In this document: in pieces, positions 47,260 through 59,108 of the stretch
Layout: every line of letters starts with the position of its first letter
How positions within the stretch are numbered: position 1 is the stretch's first letter
Assembly: GCA_035193785.1 (NCBI GenBank)
Contig: CP136572.1
Span: 2,292,578 to 2,356,577 of the forward strand
Direction: 5' to 3'
Source: Planktothrix sp. GU0601_MAG3
GTDB taxonomy: Bacteria > Cyanobacteriota > Cyanobacteriia > Cyanobacteriales > Microcoleaceae
DNA length: 64,000 bases
Position numbers and translations under genes: made by a program
The notes under the pieces: generated by a model
Databases searched by the model: none
What the model saw: the letters and a program-made list of their open reading frames with translations, nothing else
What the model was told of the DNA's origin: nothing

Positions 47260-47608
47260 ATGTCAAATCAACGGTTAGGACGGTTTTTTGGGGGTTTAGT
47301 CTTAGGTTCGGTGGTCGGTGTGGTGGTTGGTGTGTTGGTGGCCCCTCGTTCGGGGAAAGAAACCAGACAGTTACTCAAAAAATCAGCCGAGGCTTTACCG
47401 GAAACTGGCGGAGGATTTATCCACTAATGTCCAGGCGCAAGCCAATCGACTTTCGGGGTCAGCCTTACGCAATTGGGATGAAACCCTAACTCGTCTCAAA
47501 GAGGCGATTTCGGCTGGATTAGAAGCCAGTCAACAACAACAAATCCTCTATAATCCTGAAGCGGAAAACCCTCTCCCTGAGTCTTCAAAAACCACAGGAG
47601 AACGCTAG
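47260..47608 (+). CDS. YtxH domain protein (+1 break at GAAAC 47401)
   Basis: FFGGLVLGSVVG...APRSGKETRQLL. The repaired junction reads LPELAEDLSTN. Confidence 0.88.
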
Positions 47609-47683
47609 GGATCGGGGATTTTTCCTGAAAATCGCTATACTAATGGGGGCGGACAAAAGTATTTTGTTATTAATGGAAATCAA

Positions 47684-48217
47684 GTGACTGAACCTTTGTT
47701 TTGGCTTGGACTGTCACTGTTTTTTGTTGCAGTCAGCCTTACTGCTGTTGTAATTGCGGCTTTACCTGCTTTGCAAGCTATTGCAAGGGCGGCTCGGAGT
47801 GTGGAAAAATTGGCAGATACTCTCTCCCGTGAATTTCCTCCAACTTTGGAGTCGATTCGGTTAACGGGGTTGGAAATTACCGAACTAACGGAGGATGTTA
47901 GCGAGGGGGTACAAAGTGCGGGTCAAGTGGTTAAACAAGTCGATCAGGGGTTAGATAGTGCTAGACTGCAAGCGAGAAAATTGCAATCTAGCACGGTTGG
48001 TATTTTTACAGGAATTCGAGTGGCTTGGAAAACTTTTACTCGCAAACCTTCTACTTCTGAATTGCAACGCCGATCAGCCAATCGTTTACCCGGAAATAGC
48101 AGAAGTTCCCATCAGTTACGAGAACGAAATCTTCAACGCATGGAACTTTATTCGGATACTAATTTTGAGTTAGAAGATGAAGATTCAGACGAAAGTTATA
48201 ATTCCTTTCATCAATAG
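47684..48217 (+). CDS. DUF948-like protein
   Basis: EPLFWLGLSL...ARAARSVEKLADTLSREFPPTLESIRLTGLEI. Confidence 0.8.
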   Translation: MTEPLFWLGLSLFFVAVSLTAVVIAALPALQAIARAARSVEKLADTLSREFPPTLESIRLTGLEITELTEDVSEGVQSAGQVVKQVDQGLDSARLQARKLQSSTVGIFTGIRVAWKTFTRKPSTSELQRRSANRLPGNSRSSHQLRERNLQRMELYSDTNFELEDEDSDESYNSFHQ

Positions 48218-48373
48218 GACAATAGTGAACTACCTACACCGCCCTAATCGGGTCGGTATAGGCTTCCGAATTCACAGACCGATGCCCCTTACTTTTACAA
48301 GCAGGTGGACTTACACAGCCTCCATCGGCAAAGACGGGGTTTCCCTCCGCCTTCAGTTAATATCCTGATTCCC

Positions 48374-49447
48374 TCATTCGGAGATGTTAAGTGCAGCGTT
48401 AATATCTCGGTCATGGTGAGTATGGCAATTTGGACAATCCCATTCTCTGATATCCAGAGATAACTCATCTAAGACATGACCACAACAGGAACAAGTTTTG
48501 GAACTAGGGAAAAAGCGATCAATTTCTACAAGTCCACCATTTTTTTGCTTTAACTTGTAATCAATAAAGTTGACGAATTTTCCCCAACTCACATCAGATA
48601 TTGCTTTGGATAGCTTCCGGTTTTTAACCATCCCCTTGACATTGAGGTTTTCAACGACAATGACTTGGCTTTCGTTTACCAATTTTCTTGATAATTTATG
48701 CAAGAAATCTTGGCGGGAATTGGTGATTTTCTCATGAACCTTAGCTACAGTTTTTCTAAACTTCTCTCTCGATTTACTACCTTTAGTTTTTCGAGAGAGT
48801 TTTTTCTGTTTTTGGGCTAAATTTTTCTGATGACGATATAAATGTTTAGGGTTGGCGTATTTAGTTGCCTTCTCTCCATTGTGAGTAATTGCGAAATCTT
48901 TCAACCCCAAATCAATCCCAATAATGTTGTCTCCCGACTGTTTAACGTCAGTTCCTTCTACCTCATATAAGAGGGAAGCAAAGTATTTATCAGTCGAAGT
49001 CTTGGAGATTGTTACTGTTTTAATTTTTCCCGTAATCTCTCGGTGAAATATTGCTTTAATTTCACCAATCTTAGGGACTTTTAGATATTCACCGTTAACA
49101 GTAACACTTTGAGGATACTGAATTGATTGCTTGTGATGTTTAGATTTGAAATTAGGAAATTTAGCTCGTCCCTCAAAAAAGTTTTTGTAAGCTCTATCTA
49201 AGTTTATAGCTACACATTGGAGAACCGATGAGTAGCAATCTTCTTTAAGCCAAGGATATTCTTTTTTGAGTTGAGGGAGCATTCCTTTATAAGATGCTAA
49301 TTTTAGGCTTTTGCCAGTTTCTTGATAGTGCTGAATACAGGTATTTAAGGCAAAATTCCAATACCATCTTGCACAACCATAAGACTTGGCTAACGCCAAT
49401 TCCTGTTCGGCTGTTGGATAGAGCCTAACCTTTGTTGCCTTCAGCAC
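48374..49447 (-). CDS. tnpB: RNA-guided endonuclease TnpB
   Basis: GIDLG, VVENL, PSSKTCSCCG...CPNC and DRDINAALNI motifs. The C-terminal tail appears to be out of frame after NI. Confidence 0.95.
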   Translation of the reverse strand: MLKATKVRLYPTAEQELALAKSYGCARWYWNFALNTCIQHYQETGKSLKLASYKGMLPQLKKEYPWLKEDCYSSVLQCVAINLDRAYKNFFEGRAKFPNFKSKHHKQSIQYPQSVTVNGEYLKVPKIGEIKAIFHREITGKIKTVTISKTSTDKYFASLLYEVEGTDVKQSGDNIIGIDLGLKDFAITHNGEKATKYANPKHLYRHQKNLAQKQKKLSRKTKGSKSREKFRKTVAKVHEKITNSRQDFLHKLSRKLVNESQVIVVENLNVKGMVKNRKLSKAISDVSWGKFVNFIDYKLKQKNGGLVEIDRFFPSSKTCSCCGHVLDELSLDIREWDCPNCHTHHDRDINAALNISE

Positions 49448-49525
49448 TTTGAATCACCTCCTCGGTCGGGTGTTATGATTTTGCTATACACTGACTATAG
49501 CACAAGTTTTAAAATGTGGGGAATC

Positions 49526-49945
49526 ATGAAAAATGATTTTGTCAGCAAAGGTAGATCTGTTAGCGATCTCAAGGTTCACTTGGTTTTGACGACCAAATAC
49601 AGACGGAGGGTTTTTACTCTTGAAATGCTGAATCGGCTACATGAAATCCTTGAAGAATTACTTCAAAAGTGGGATTGTAAATTAATTGAGTTTAATGGTG
49701 AAGATGATCATGTTCATCTTCTTTTTCAATATCATCCAGATATTGCTCTGAGTAATTTAGTTAACAACCTCAAATCCGTGACATCTCGAAAACTCAGGCA
49801 AGAATTCTCTGATTATTTAAGCTCTTTTTATTGGAAAGATGTTTTTTGGAATGGTTCTTATTTTGTTGCAAGTTGCGGTGGAATAACTATTTCAACCCTG
49901 AGACGATATATCGAGAATCAAAATCAACCTGATTGTTTCCGATAA
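49526..49945 (+). CDS. tnpA: Y1 HUH transposase TnpA
   Basis: HLVLTTKYRR, DHVHLL, FWNGSYF and YIENQ motifs. Confidence 0.96.
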   Translation: MKNDFVSKGRSVSDLKVHLVLTTKYRRRVFTLEMLNRLHEILEELLQKWDCKLIEFNGEDDHVHLLFQYHPDIALSNLVNNLKSVTSRKLRQEFSDYLSSFYWKDVFWNGSYFVASCGGITISTLRRYIENQNQPDCFR

Positions 49946-50080
49946 TCCCTGACCGCAATTCATCCCACGCTGCCCTATCGGGTCAGTCGTGGGGCTTCGG
50001 CGCGAAGAAGCTAAACTTTGTAACCTGATCATAACCTACTATTCCCAATTCGTAATTCGTAATTCATAATTCATAATTCC

Positions 50081-50822
50081 CTATTCCCTTTCAATGATTC
50101 CTACAATTTGAGATACGGCTACAATTGGGGCGGTAACGGCTCTTAATATGCGTTTTCCCAGGGAAATAGGTTGAAATCCGATCGCGATCGCATCCTGAAT
50201 TTCCTCCTCCGTCCACCCCCCCTCTGGCCCTGTGGCAATGATAATTTTATTAAGTCTTTTTGCTGCTGCTAGGGGGATTAATTCTTGGGTTAAAAAGGGA
50301 TAATTTCCTCGACCTTCACAAATATATTGATAACAGGAATGATCGTTTTTTTCTAATCCTAGTTGCAACGAAACCGGATCAAAAATATTAGGAATAATCA
50401 TACGTTCCGATTGTTCGGCAGCTTCTCTGGCAATCTTTCGCCACCGTTCTACCTTTTGGGGACTGGGTTTTAATACCGTTCTTTTACTAATTACTGGGAT
50501 AAATTGAGTTACGCCTAACTCCGTACAACAACGTAGAATTTCCTCAAATCCATCGGCTTTTGGCAGGGCAACTATTAATATAACTTCAATCGGTAATTCG
50601 GTTTGGATCGAGATCCTTTCAATTAATTTCGCCTGGGGAGATGGTGCAGGTAAATTAACAATTAATTCCGCCATCCACCATTGACCCTGAATAATAATAA
50701 AGCGATCGCCCTGTTTCAACCGTAACACCCGACCCAAATAATGCTGTTGTTCAGCCGTTAAAGATAGGTGTTCATCTTGAAGTTGTTCAGGCGCGATCGC
50801 AATCCGTTGAAGTTGAAACCAT
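50081..50822 (-). CDS. rsmE: 16S rRNA m3U1498 methyltransferase RsmE (+1 break at 50815)
   Basis: Repaired start MVQLQRIAIAPEQLQD; RVLRL, EAAEQSER, GPEGGW and LGKRILRAVTA motifs. Confidence 0.94.
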
Positions 50823-50885
50823 GAATAAAACCGATTAAATTCTTGGTTAGATACTCTAACCTAAAACCCCCTCAGTTCAACCTGA

Positions 50886-52887
50886 CTATTCTACTTTCAG
50901 TTTTTCCAAATATTCTTCAATCGCTTGGGTGGCTAACTCAACCACTGGTTTTCCCAAACGTTTAGATTCAGCTTTCAACTGATTATAAACAGAATCGCGT
51001 ACACTGACCCGATGCCGAATTTTGCTCGGATCAACCGGGGCATCAGCATCGGCATCAATCATCTCTGGTAGGGTCTGGCTACCTGTAAAAACGGGTGCTT
51101 CTTGAGTTTCAATATTCATTGAGGCAGTCGTTGAGTAAGAGGTTATAAACTTGCGAAGCTGGTCAAAGCCGACACGATGGCAAAAATCGCCAAAACTCTC
51201 TCCAGCTTTCCGATCCTGTTTAAAATAAACTAAAATCGGAGTCAGAAAAGTTTCAAGATCGTGAACCGATAAGCGATCAACAAAAGCTTGAGCTAATCGT
51301 GTCTGATTCGGAGAACCCCCCAGCCAAATCTGGTAGGCATCGGGGGCACTGCCAACAAAGCCTAACTCCGCCATGTAGGGTCTGGCGCAACCATTGGGGC
51401 ATCCAGTCATCCGAATGACAAAATGCTCAGGTTGCAAACCTACACTGTCCAACAATACCCGAATCCGTCCCAATACACTAGGGATGACCCGTTCTGATTC
51501 TGCGATCGCCAATCCACAGGTCGGAAATGCCGGACAAGCCATGGCATAACGTTCTAGGGGGTCAATTTCGGTTTCAGTTTTGATTCCGTGTTCTTTGAGC
51601 AGAGTTTTGATTTTGGGTTGAACTTCTGGGGAAATGTCATACAGAATCACATTTTGATTTCCGGTGACTAACATCGGAATTTCAAACTGTTCTACAATTT
51701 TGCGTAAAACCGTTTTTAGGCGGAAATTTCCTTCGTCTTTAATCCGACCGTTTTCAATCGAAATTCCCAGGAAAAATTGACCCTCTCCCTGTTCCTGCCA
51801 TCCTAAATAATCTTGATATTTCCAAGGAGGTAAAGATTTGAAAGGTTTAAAGGCTTTGCCAAAATATTCTTCCGCCTTTGCCTTGAATTTGTCCACGCCC
51901 CAATCATTAATTAAATATTTAAGTCGGGCGTGACGTCGGTTACTGCGATCACCATAATCCCGTTGAGTCGCAACAATGGCTTTTACCGCATCATAAATAT
52001 CTTCTTTATCGACATAGCCAATTTCATCAGCGACCCGGGCAAAGGTTTCTTCCTTATTATGGGTGCGTCCTAGGCCACCCCCGGCTAAAATATTAAATCC
52101 TTCTAACTCTCCCGCCGCATTTGTAATTACCACTAAACCCAAATCTTGGGTATAGATATCAATGGAATTATCCCCGGGAACTGTGACCGCACATTTGAAC
52201 TTCCGGGGCAGATAATAAGTGCCATAGATTGGCTCCTCGGAGTCAGGATAATTCGTGCCATTGGTATTCCGAATACGGGCAGCTTTCACCTCGGGATGTT
52301 CTTCGGCGGTAATCACTTTTTCCCCGTCTAACCAAATTTCATAATAGGCTCCGGTTTGGGGAGTTAATAGATCGGCAATATTATTGGCATAAGTACGAGC
52401 ATATTCATAATCAGAACGATTTTTATAAGGTGCGGTCGGCGCCATGACATTGCGGTTAATATCTCCACAAGCCCCTAAAGTTGACCCCATACTATTAACA
52501 ATAGAAGCCAAAACCGTTTTAAGATTTTTCTTTAAAATCCCGTGTAATTGGAACCCTTGACGAGTGGTTGCCCGAATTGTATGGTTGCCATATTCATCGG
52601 ATAACTGATCAATCGTTAAATACAATTGAGGTGGAATAAAACCCCCAGGACTGCGGGTTCTGAGCATCATTCCATAGTCTTTTTCCTGCCCCTTGACCCG
52701 ATTATCTCGGTTATCCTGTTGGTAGGAAACCATGAAACTTGAGAATTTGAATCGCATCTTCAGAGAAGTAGTTCAAATCATTTAAAAGTTCTGTGGCCAG
52801 GGGTTCTCGCAAGCTGTTACTGCGTTCTTTGAGCCCTTCTACTTTTGAGGGTTTACTGACCTTGGGAGGTGTTGTGGATAAAGTCAT
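50886..52887 (-). CDS. sir: Ferredoxin-dependent sulfite reductase with a C-terminal RHH-like extension (+1 break at 52726)
   Basis: [23 protein letters not shown] (repaired), [11 protein letters not shown] and [10 protein letters not shown] motifs. Confidence 0.96.
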
Positions 52888-53142
52888 GTGCGTGGGATAC
52901 CTATTTCAATAAAAAACTCTACGAGTTAAGCGTTTTAGTTGCGGCTAACCCGCCAGTTAAACTCGCTTTTTTTCTAACCCCTGTAATTCGGTCGGAATTA
53001 TCGGTATTGAATTTGATTTTAACATGGGACTAACCACAAATCATACCACTCACAAATTCGGGATGGAAGTTCGGGAACTTGGCTGGCTTTAGCCCACCGG
53101 AGGAAAAACGACTTGGGGAATATTTAAAGCCTTTGAGTTGGG

Positions 53143-54825
53143 TCAAATAGCACAAAAATCAAAACTTTCTAAATAACAGTTAGAAAAATTAACCTTTTGA
53201 AGGTTTACCCCTTGTAGGTTAGTTTGCTCAAGGGTAAGATCGGAGAAATTACAACTTTTAAGATTAGTCGGTAAATGGCGCAATAGATTAATCAAATTTT
53301 CCCTAATATAACCGGAAGTCAGGGGATATTGTTCTTGGGTTTTTAAGAGAAGATATTTTAAATGGGTTTCTAAGTTTTGTTGAGTTTTAAATTGTTCTAA
53401 CAAAGAGTCTACAATCGGATTAATGATTTTTCTAATTTTGCTATTTCTGATATCGTCTTTGCTAGTAGCTACCATTAACGCATGGCTCTTAAAAAGATTA
53501 AATTCTCCAGTAATTAATTCTTGAGTGACGGTAATAATAAATTTTTGGGTAATGTATTCTATTAACACCGATTGCAGGGTAAAATAGTGTTGATTTTCTA
53601 TTTTTTCTAGCAACATTTTCAGGTGTAATGATTCTAAATAATCGGATAAATGGTGTTGAGTGAGCACCGAAATTAAATTCGGTTTTAATTCCAAGATAGA
53701 AACAGGTTGTCCGTGAATTGCTAACCAAAATAGAATCTGATTTTCTTCAGGACAGGAAGCCTCAAAATGCCAATCCAATAATTCTCTCAGACCTTCAAAA
53801 AATAAATTTCCTGTATTCAGAAATTCCTTAATATTCCCCGCAAATACGCTTTGAACATGACAAGCGGTTAACTTTAATGCTAAAGGATTTCCTTGATAAA
53901 AATTAATTAAGGTTTCCCATTCAGTTTCGCTGGCAAAAAATTCACCTTTTTCTTTAAACAATTGCTTTCCTTGGTCAATAGTTAACCCCCCCAACAGGAA
54001 AAAACGCACGGGTTGATGTTGACCTACTGATTTTTCTAAATGACTAATCTTGACCCGACTGTTTAAAATCAAACAACTTTGATGGGAAACTACTGCAATT
54101 TTTTCTAATAATTGTTGATAGTCTTCATAACCGGGTTTGTATTTTCCGATGTGAGTTTCTGTGGCGATAATTTTCTCAATATTATCTAAGATCAATAAGT
54201 ATCGATGTTGTTTTAAATAAGCAATTAATAGAGCAATTTGTTGTTCTAAACTATCCGGTAAATCAGCCTTTTCTTGATGAGATAAGAATAAAATCCAGTC
54301 CTTAATTATCTCCTGAATTGGAGGCGCATTAAAAAGCGATCGCCAAATAACTCCCTCAAATTCTCCCTTAACTGCCTCTGCTAATTTCACAGAAAGGTTA
54401 GTTTTTCCTTTTCCCGGAAGTCCTACCACAGAAACTAGACGACAATGATCTTGGATTACCCATTGTTTCAGGGTGTTTAAATCAGTTTCTCGGCCCAAAA
54501 AATAAGATACATCCGGTACATCTGCCCAATCTTCTCGGGTATTATATTTTGCTGGGTAAATAGAAGAAAGCGATCTGTCTAACACTGCTTTAACATTAAA
54601 TTTCGTAACTTTTTCATCGAAAACTTGACTCAATAATTGCCACAATAAAGACGCTTGTTTTTTAATAATATCTTCAGTTGCGTTAGTCAGACCAGCAATC
54701 CTTCGATATTGATTATTATTATTTAATACTTCCCGCAAAATATCCACTTGAATATCTTTCAAGTATTTTCCGCTTTTCTGATAAACAATCTGCTTGATAG
54801 ATTCAACAATTCGTTCAGTATCCAT
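53143..54825 (-). CDS. wHTH-NB-ARC (STAND) ATPase ending in short pentapeptide repeats, with no WD40 domain
   Basis: DWADVPDVSYFLGRE, Walker A GLPGKGKT, Walker B LLILDN and GNPLAL motifs. Confidence 0.88.
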   Translation of the reverse strand: MDTERIVESIKQIVYQKSGKYLKDIQVDILREVLNNNNQYRRIAGLTNATEDIIKKQASLLWQLLSQVFDEKVTKFNVKAVLDRSLSSIYPAKYNTREDWADVPDVSYFLGRETDLNTLKQWVIQDHCRLVSVVGLPGKGKTNLSVKLAEAVKGEFEGVIWRSLFNAPPIQEIIKDWILFLSHQEKADLPDSLEQQIALLIAYLKQHRYLLILDNIEKIIATETHIGKYKPGYEDYQQLLEKIAVVSHQSCLILNSRVKISHLEKSVGQHQPVRFFLLGGLTIDQGKQLFKEKGEFFASETEWETLINFYQGNPLALKLTACHVQSVFAGNIKEFLNTGNLFFEGLRELLDWHFEASCPEENQILFWLAIHGQPVSILELKPNLISVLTQHHLSDYLESLHLKMLLEKIENQHYFTLQSVLIEYITQKFIITVTQELITGEFNLFKSHALMVATSKDDIRNSKIRKIINPIVDSLLEQFKTQQNLETHLKYLLLKTQEQYPLTSGYIRENLINLLRHLPTNLKSCNFSDLTLEQTNLQGVNLQKVNFSNCYLESFDFCAI

Positions 54826-55099
54826 TGCACGGTAGGGAATTAATTAATAGTAGTTGAAACCCGATCTATTTCCCTGGGTGCAGGGATTTAGACCTATTAA
54901 TTCACTTTTTATCACTTTATTCTAGCAGAATCGTCACTTTGTGGCACTTTTTTTTTCCTGAGTCGGTGGTAATCTATTGCCATCATCAAATTTTTCCGAC
55001 AACAGTTGACTTTTGGACATCGCACCGAGTCGCCAAAAGATACCCATGCTCTGGGGATGTTTTCAGACAGAGGCGAGGTTTGAAATGTGCAACTAGCGA

Positions 55100-55245
55100 A
55101 GAAACCAGGTTTTTCCAGAAATTCGCTCCTTGAAACCCAAGTCCATCAAAAACCCGGTTTCTGACCCAGCCCATATCCAAGAAACCGGGTTTTTCCCCAA
55201 AGCTCACGGGCGGAAAATTGACTTTTGTTAAAAACCCGGTTTCTG
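55100..55245. repeat. Cluster of AGAAACC(C)GG(G)TTT(C)T imperfect palindromes
   Basis: Four copies here and a related copy at about 23944-23976. Confidence 0.75.
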
Positions 55246-55278
55246 GCCCACTATCAACCCTTAACCATCAGTAAGACT

Positions 55279-58200
55279 ATGAAAACTATCAACACTTTAG
55301 AAACAACGGAAACTTCTCCGGTACAGCAAGCGTTACAAATTGCGAAAAATCAACTCAATAATTTTGCTACATCTGCGGATTTTAAGACTCAGATGCAAAT
55401 AGCATTAGGGACTCAAAGAAATTGGGAAACAACGGATTTAATTAATTTCCCGGCTATTGAAATTCGTCCTGCGGCTGAAATTAATAATGCGAGTGGTGCT
55501 TTTGCTGCTGCTACGAATACGATTTATTTATCCCAGGAGTTAGTGAATGAAAATACAGGGAATGTAGGGGCGATCGCATCAGTTTTATTAAAGGAGAACT
55601 CAGTTATGATTTGTTAGATATCAAAACTAATTTAGGATTTGACCTTCAGCAAGATTTTACATTCGATCCCGATAATATACGAGTTACAATGTCTTTGGAA
55701 GGGCAGCCAGAGCAAACTGGAATACTAGGAGATCCAAACACAAAATTTACTTTTCAAGCTCCTTCTGAGGGTTGTGGACTTCTAGAAGTAGAAGCTAAAT
55801 ATGAACTTCTGGGTACAGTCGGAAATGAGCTTGGGTTGACACCTCGTGGGTCATTAGACGTGAAGGGACTGGACGTAGCTTTAGATGTCAATATAGGAAG
55901 TTATAAGTTTCCTACTTTCGATCCTCCTCCACTTTATGGCCCCAAGCAATTTCCCGAAGGCGGTTTAGTTGGTAACCCAATTTCTATAGCTGGTAAAGAT
56001 GCTCCTATTAAACTTGAGCCAATTGATATCACGACAGTTGGTGAAGAAGATGTCAGCAAAAACATCATCATTGAAAAAACTTACCAGGTTCCTTATAATC
56101 TACCAATTTCTATCTCAGATGCTCGTGTAATAGAGGGTAACAACGGTACAACAAATGCAGTCTTCACCGTGTCATTACGTGAAGCTTCTAGTGAGCCATT
56201 AATACTTGAATACAGCACCAGTGATAGTAATGCTGCCGCTGGGAGTGACTATGTTCAAGCTACTAATAGTAGTGTTACTATTTCAGCAGGACAAGATACG
56301 GCTGAAATTATTGTACCCATAATAGGAGATACAGCAGTTGAGTCAACAGAAACGTTCACTCTGACTCTCAAAGAGCCATCCGGTAAGCTCTTTGCTGAAT
56401 GTGAAGGAGTGGATTCAGTCAGTGCTACTGGCATCATTACTGACGATGATGAAAAAGAAGAACCCGATCCACCAGAACCAAATCCCCATGAATTCAACGA
56501 CCCTCGTTATATCACAATTGATGGGAAATCTCTCGAATTTCAAGCGGCTGGAGAATTCACGTTACTTGAATCCTTGAACGACGATTACAAAATACAAATC
56601 CGACAACAACCTGTTGGAAATGACCCCCTAAAAAATGCTTCCAATGCCACTGCTGTTGCGACTATTTTAGGAGGTAAACGAGTCGGACTTTATCAAGACA
56701 GTCAACAACTTTTAATTGATGGAGTCCCCACCACCATACCCGATAACGAATACATTTTTGTTGGGGAAGGTCGAATCTATCGAGAAGGAAATGTTTACAG
56801 TTTTGTCTATCCCAAAGGAGATCAACTGATCGCCACAATGACAGAAAATCGGATTAATGTTAGCCTTTTTCTGTCTCCAGAACGACGAGATACCGTCAGA
56901 GGTATATTTGGAACTTACAACGATAACCCCGATGATGACTTGATCAAATCCGATGGAAACGGTCTTAACTTCACCCATTTCTCCAGAACAACTATATGGC
57001 GAATATGCTGATAGTTGGCGAGTCGGTCAAACTGAATCTCTATTCGACTATCAACCGGGTGAAGATACGAATAAATTTACTATCAGCAATTATCCTCGCC
57101 AAAAAGTTAAACTCTCCGATCTTGATCCGGCAGATATTCAAAAAGCAGAAGAATTAATTGGCGATCGCATTACCGATCCCACCATCCGAGAAACTGCAAT
57201 TATTGATTTAGTTCTGACGGATTTTGACCCCGACATTATTGAAACCGCCATCAATGTTCCATCCCCGCAAAGTTCCGTAATTATTCGAGTTGACCCCGAA
57301 GCAAAAGCTGATTTTACCAGTACCTTTGCCAATACCCCCGTCAAAATTAATCCCCTCACTAACGATATCGTTACCACCGGAATTCCCCTATCCTTAACAG
57401 GGTATGATCAAACCACTGCTAAAGGTGGCACAATTCAACTCGATAATAATGGGACTCCCGACGATAAAACCGATGATCAATTAACCTATACACCTCCGAC
57501 TAATTTTGTCGGTGTGGATACCATTAATTATGTCATTGCTGATGATCAAAAAACCGCAACAGGAACTATCACCGTTGCTGTTCCTGCCATAAACCTTAAC
57601 GCTCTTAATGGTGACAATGGTTTTGCTGTAACAGGTGCAGCAGGCACTTTTGCTGGCAGTTCTCTCAGTAATATTGGAGACTTCAACGGTGATACCATTG
57701 ATGACTTTATTGTGGGAGGATTTGCAGCCGATCCTAATAATATTAATGCCACAGGGGAAAGTTATGTTGTCTTTGGAACCAATCAAGGATTTCCTGCTAA
57801 CTTTGACCTGTCTACCATCAACGGGACGAATGGGTTTATTATCGAAGGATTTGAAGCGGAAAGTTTTAGTGGTGGCGCTGTTAGTTCAGCCGGAGATTTG
57901 AACGGAGATGGCTTAAAAGATTTAATCATTGGTGCTTTTTCTTCAGATTCCAATAGTCTTAATGATTCCGGTCGAACTTACGTTATTTTAGGTTCAAATC
58001 AAACATTCTCAACTCGATTTAATCTAGCTAATCTAAATGGTAATAACGGCTTTGTGATTAACAGTAATCAACCCTTAGATTATTCTGGTCTTGCCGTCAG
58101 TAGTGCCGGAGATTTCAACAATGATGGATTAGATGATTTAGCAGTTGCAGCCCCGGCTGGAATTAATACGTTTTTAGGTAAAGTTTATCTTGTCTACGGT

Positions 58201-59077
58201 CGTCTTAATGGTTTTCCTCCCGCCTTCAACCCCACCGATTTGCAATGGGACGACGGTATTGTAATTAACCATAATAACGGGTTAGCAGGAACCACCGTTA
58301 GTAACGCGGGGGATATCAACGGAGATCAAATAGATGATTTAATTATCGGTGCAGAACAAGGCTCACTTGAAGGCAATCCTAAAGGGGGAGAAACCTACGT
58401 TTTGTTTGGCAAAGATGGAGGATATCAAAAGGGATTTTCTCTTTCCAAATTAGACGGAACTAATGGATTTACAATCAAAGGTGATGGCTATTCTGTCTCA
58501 TCAGTTAGCGGTGCAGGAGATATTAATGCTGATGGTTTAGAAGACATCATTATCGGTGTTTCTCAATCTCCAGGCAACAATCAAACCAATGCCGGAAAAG
58601 CTTATGTTGTATTTGGAACTCAAGCCGGATTTACTCAACAACTAGACCTGTTTACCCTGAATGGAAATAACGGATTTGTGATTAATGGAGTAGAAACCCG
58701 ATGAATTATTAGGAGGTTCCGTCAAAGGCGCAGGGGATATCAACGGAGATAAGATTGATGATATTATCATTGGTGCTTCAGGAGCCACTGCAAATGGAAT
58801 TAAAAGTGCCGGAAAAACCTATATTGTTTTTGGTAGCAATAAAGGATTTCCTGCTAGTTTAAATAGTTCAGACTTGAACGGTGAAAAGGGCTTTTTCTTA
58901 AATGGAACCGCCGAAAATGAATTATCAGGCGTTGCTGTTAGTAGTGCCGGGGATATTAACCAAGATAGCGTTAACGATATCCTCATCGGCGCACCTGGCA
59001 GTTTATTTGATAATACCGCAGGCAAGAGTTATGTTGTTTTTGGAAATTCCACCTTTGGTAATCAATCTGTAATCTGA
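55279..59077 (+). CDS. Large surface or secreted protein with Calx-beta, VWD, Ig/cadherin-like and FG-GAP (integrin-alpha-like) repeats; the N-terminal segment 55279-55617 is out of frame
   Basis: EGNNGTTNAVFTVSL...GSDY...GDTAVESTETF (Calx-beta); NDPRYITIDG...GEFTL...GIFGTYNDNPDDD (VWD); multiple AGDxNGDGxDDLIIGA repeats. +1 breaks at 56956 and 58693, and a different type of break near 55590. Confidence 0.8.
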
Positions 59078-59108
59078 TTAAAACAGATTAGATCCTAATC
59101 GTTCACAC

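Larger units (their letters stand above)
48225..50010. mobile_element. IS605-group element with divergent tnpA and tnpB
   Basis: Subterminal imperfect hairpins at about 48232-48263 and 49965-49995. The right end reads ...GGTAGTTCAC on the minus strand. The left flank reads TTTAG on the minus strand. Ends are inferred. Confidence 0.85.
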
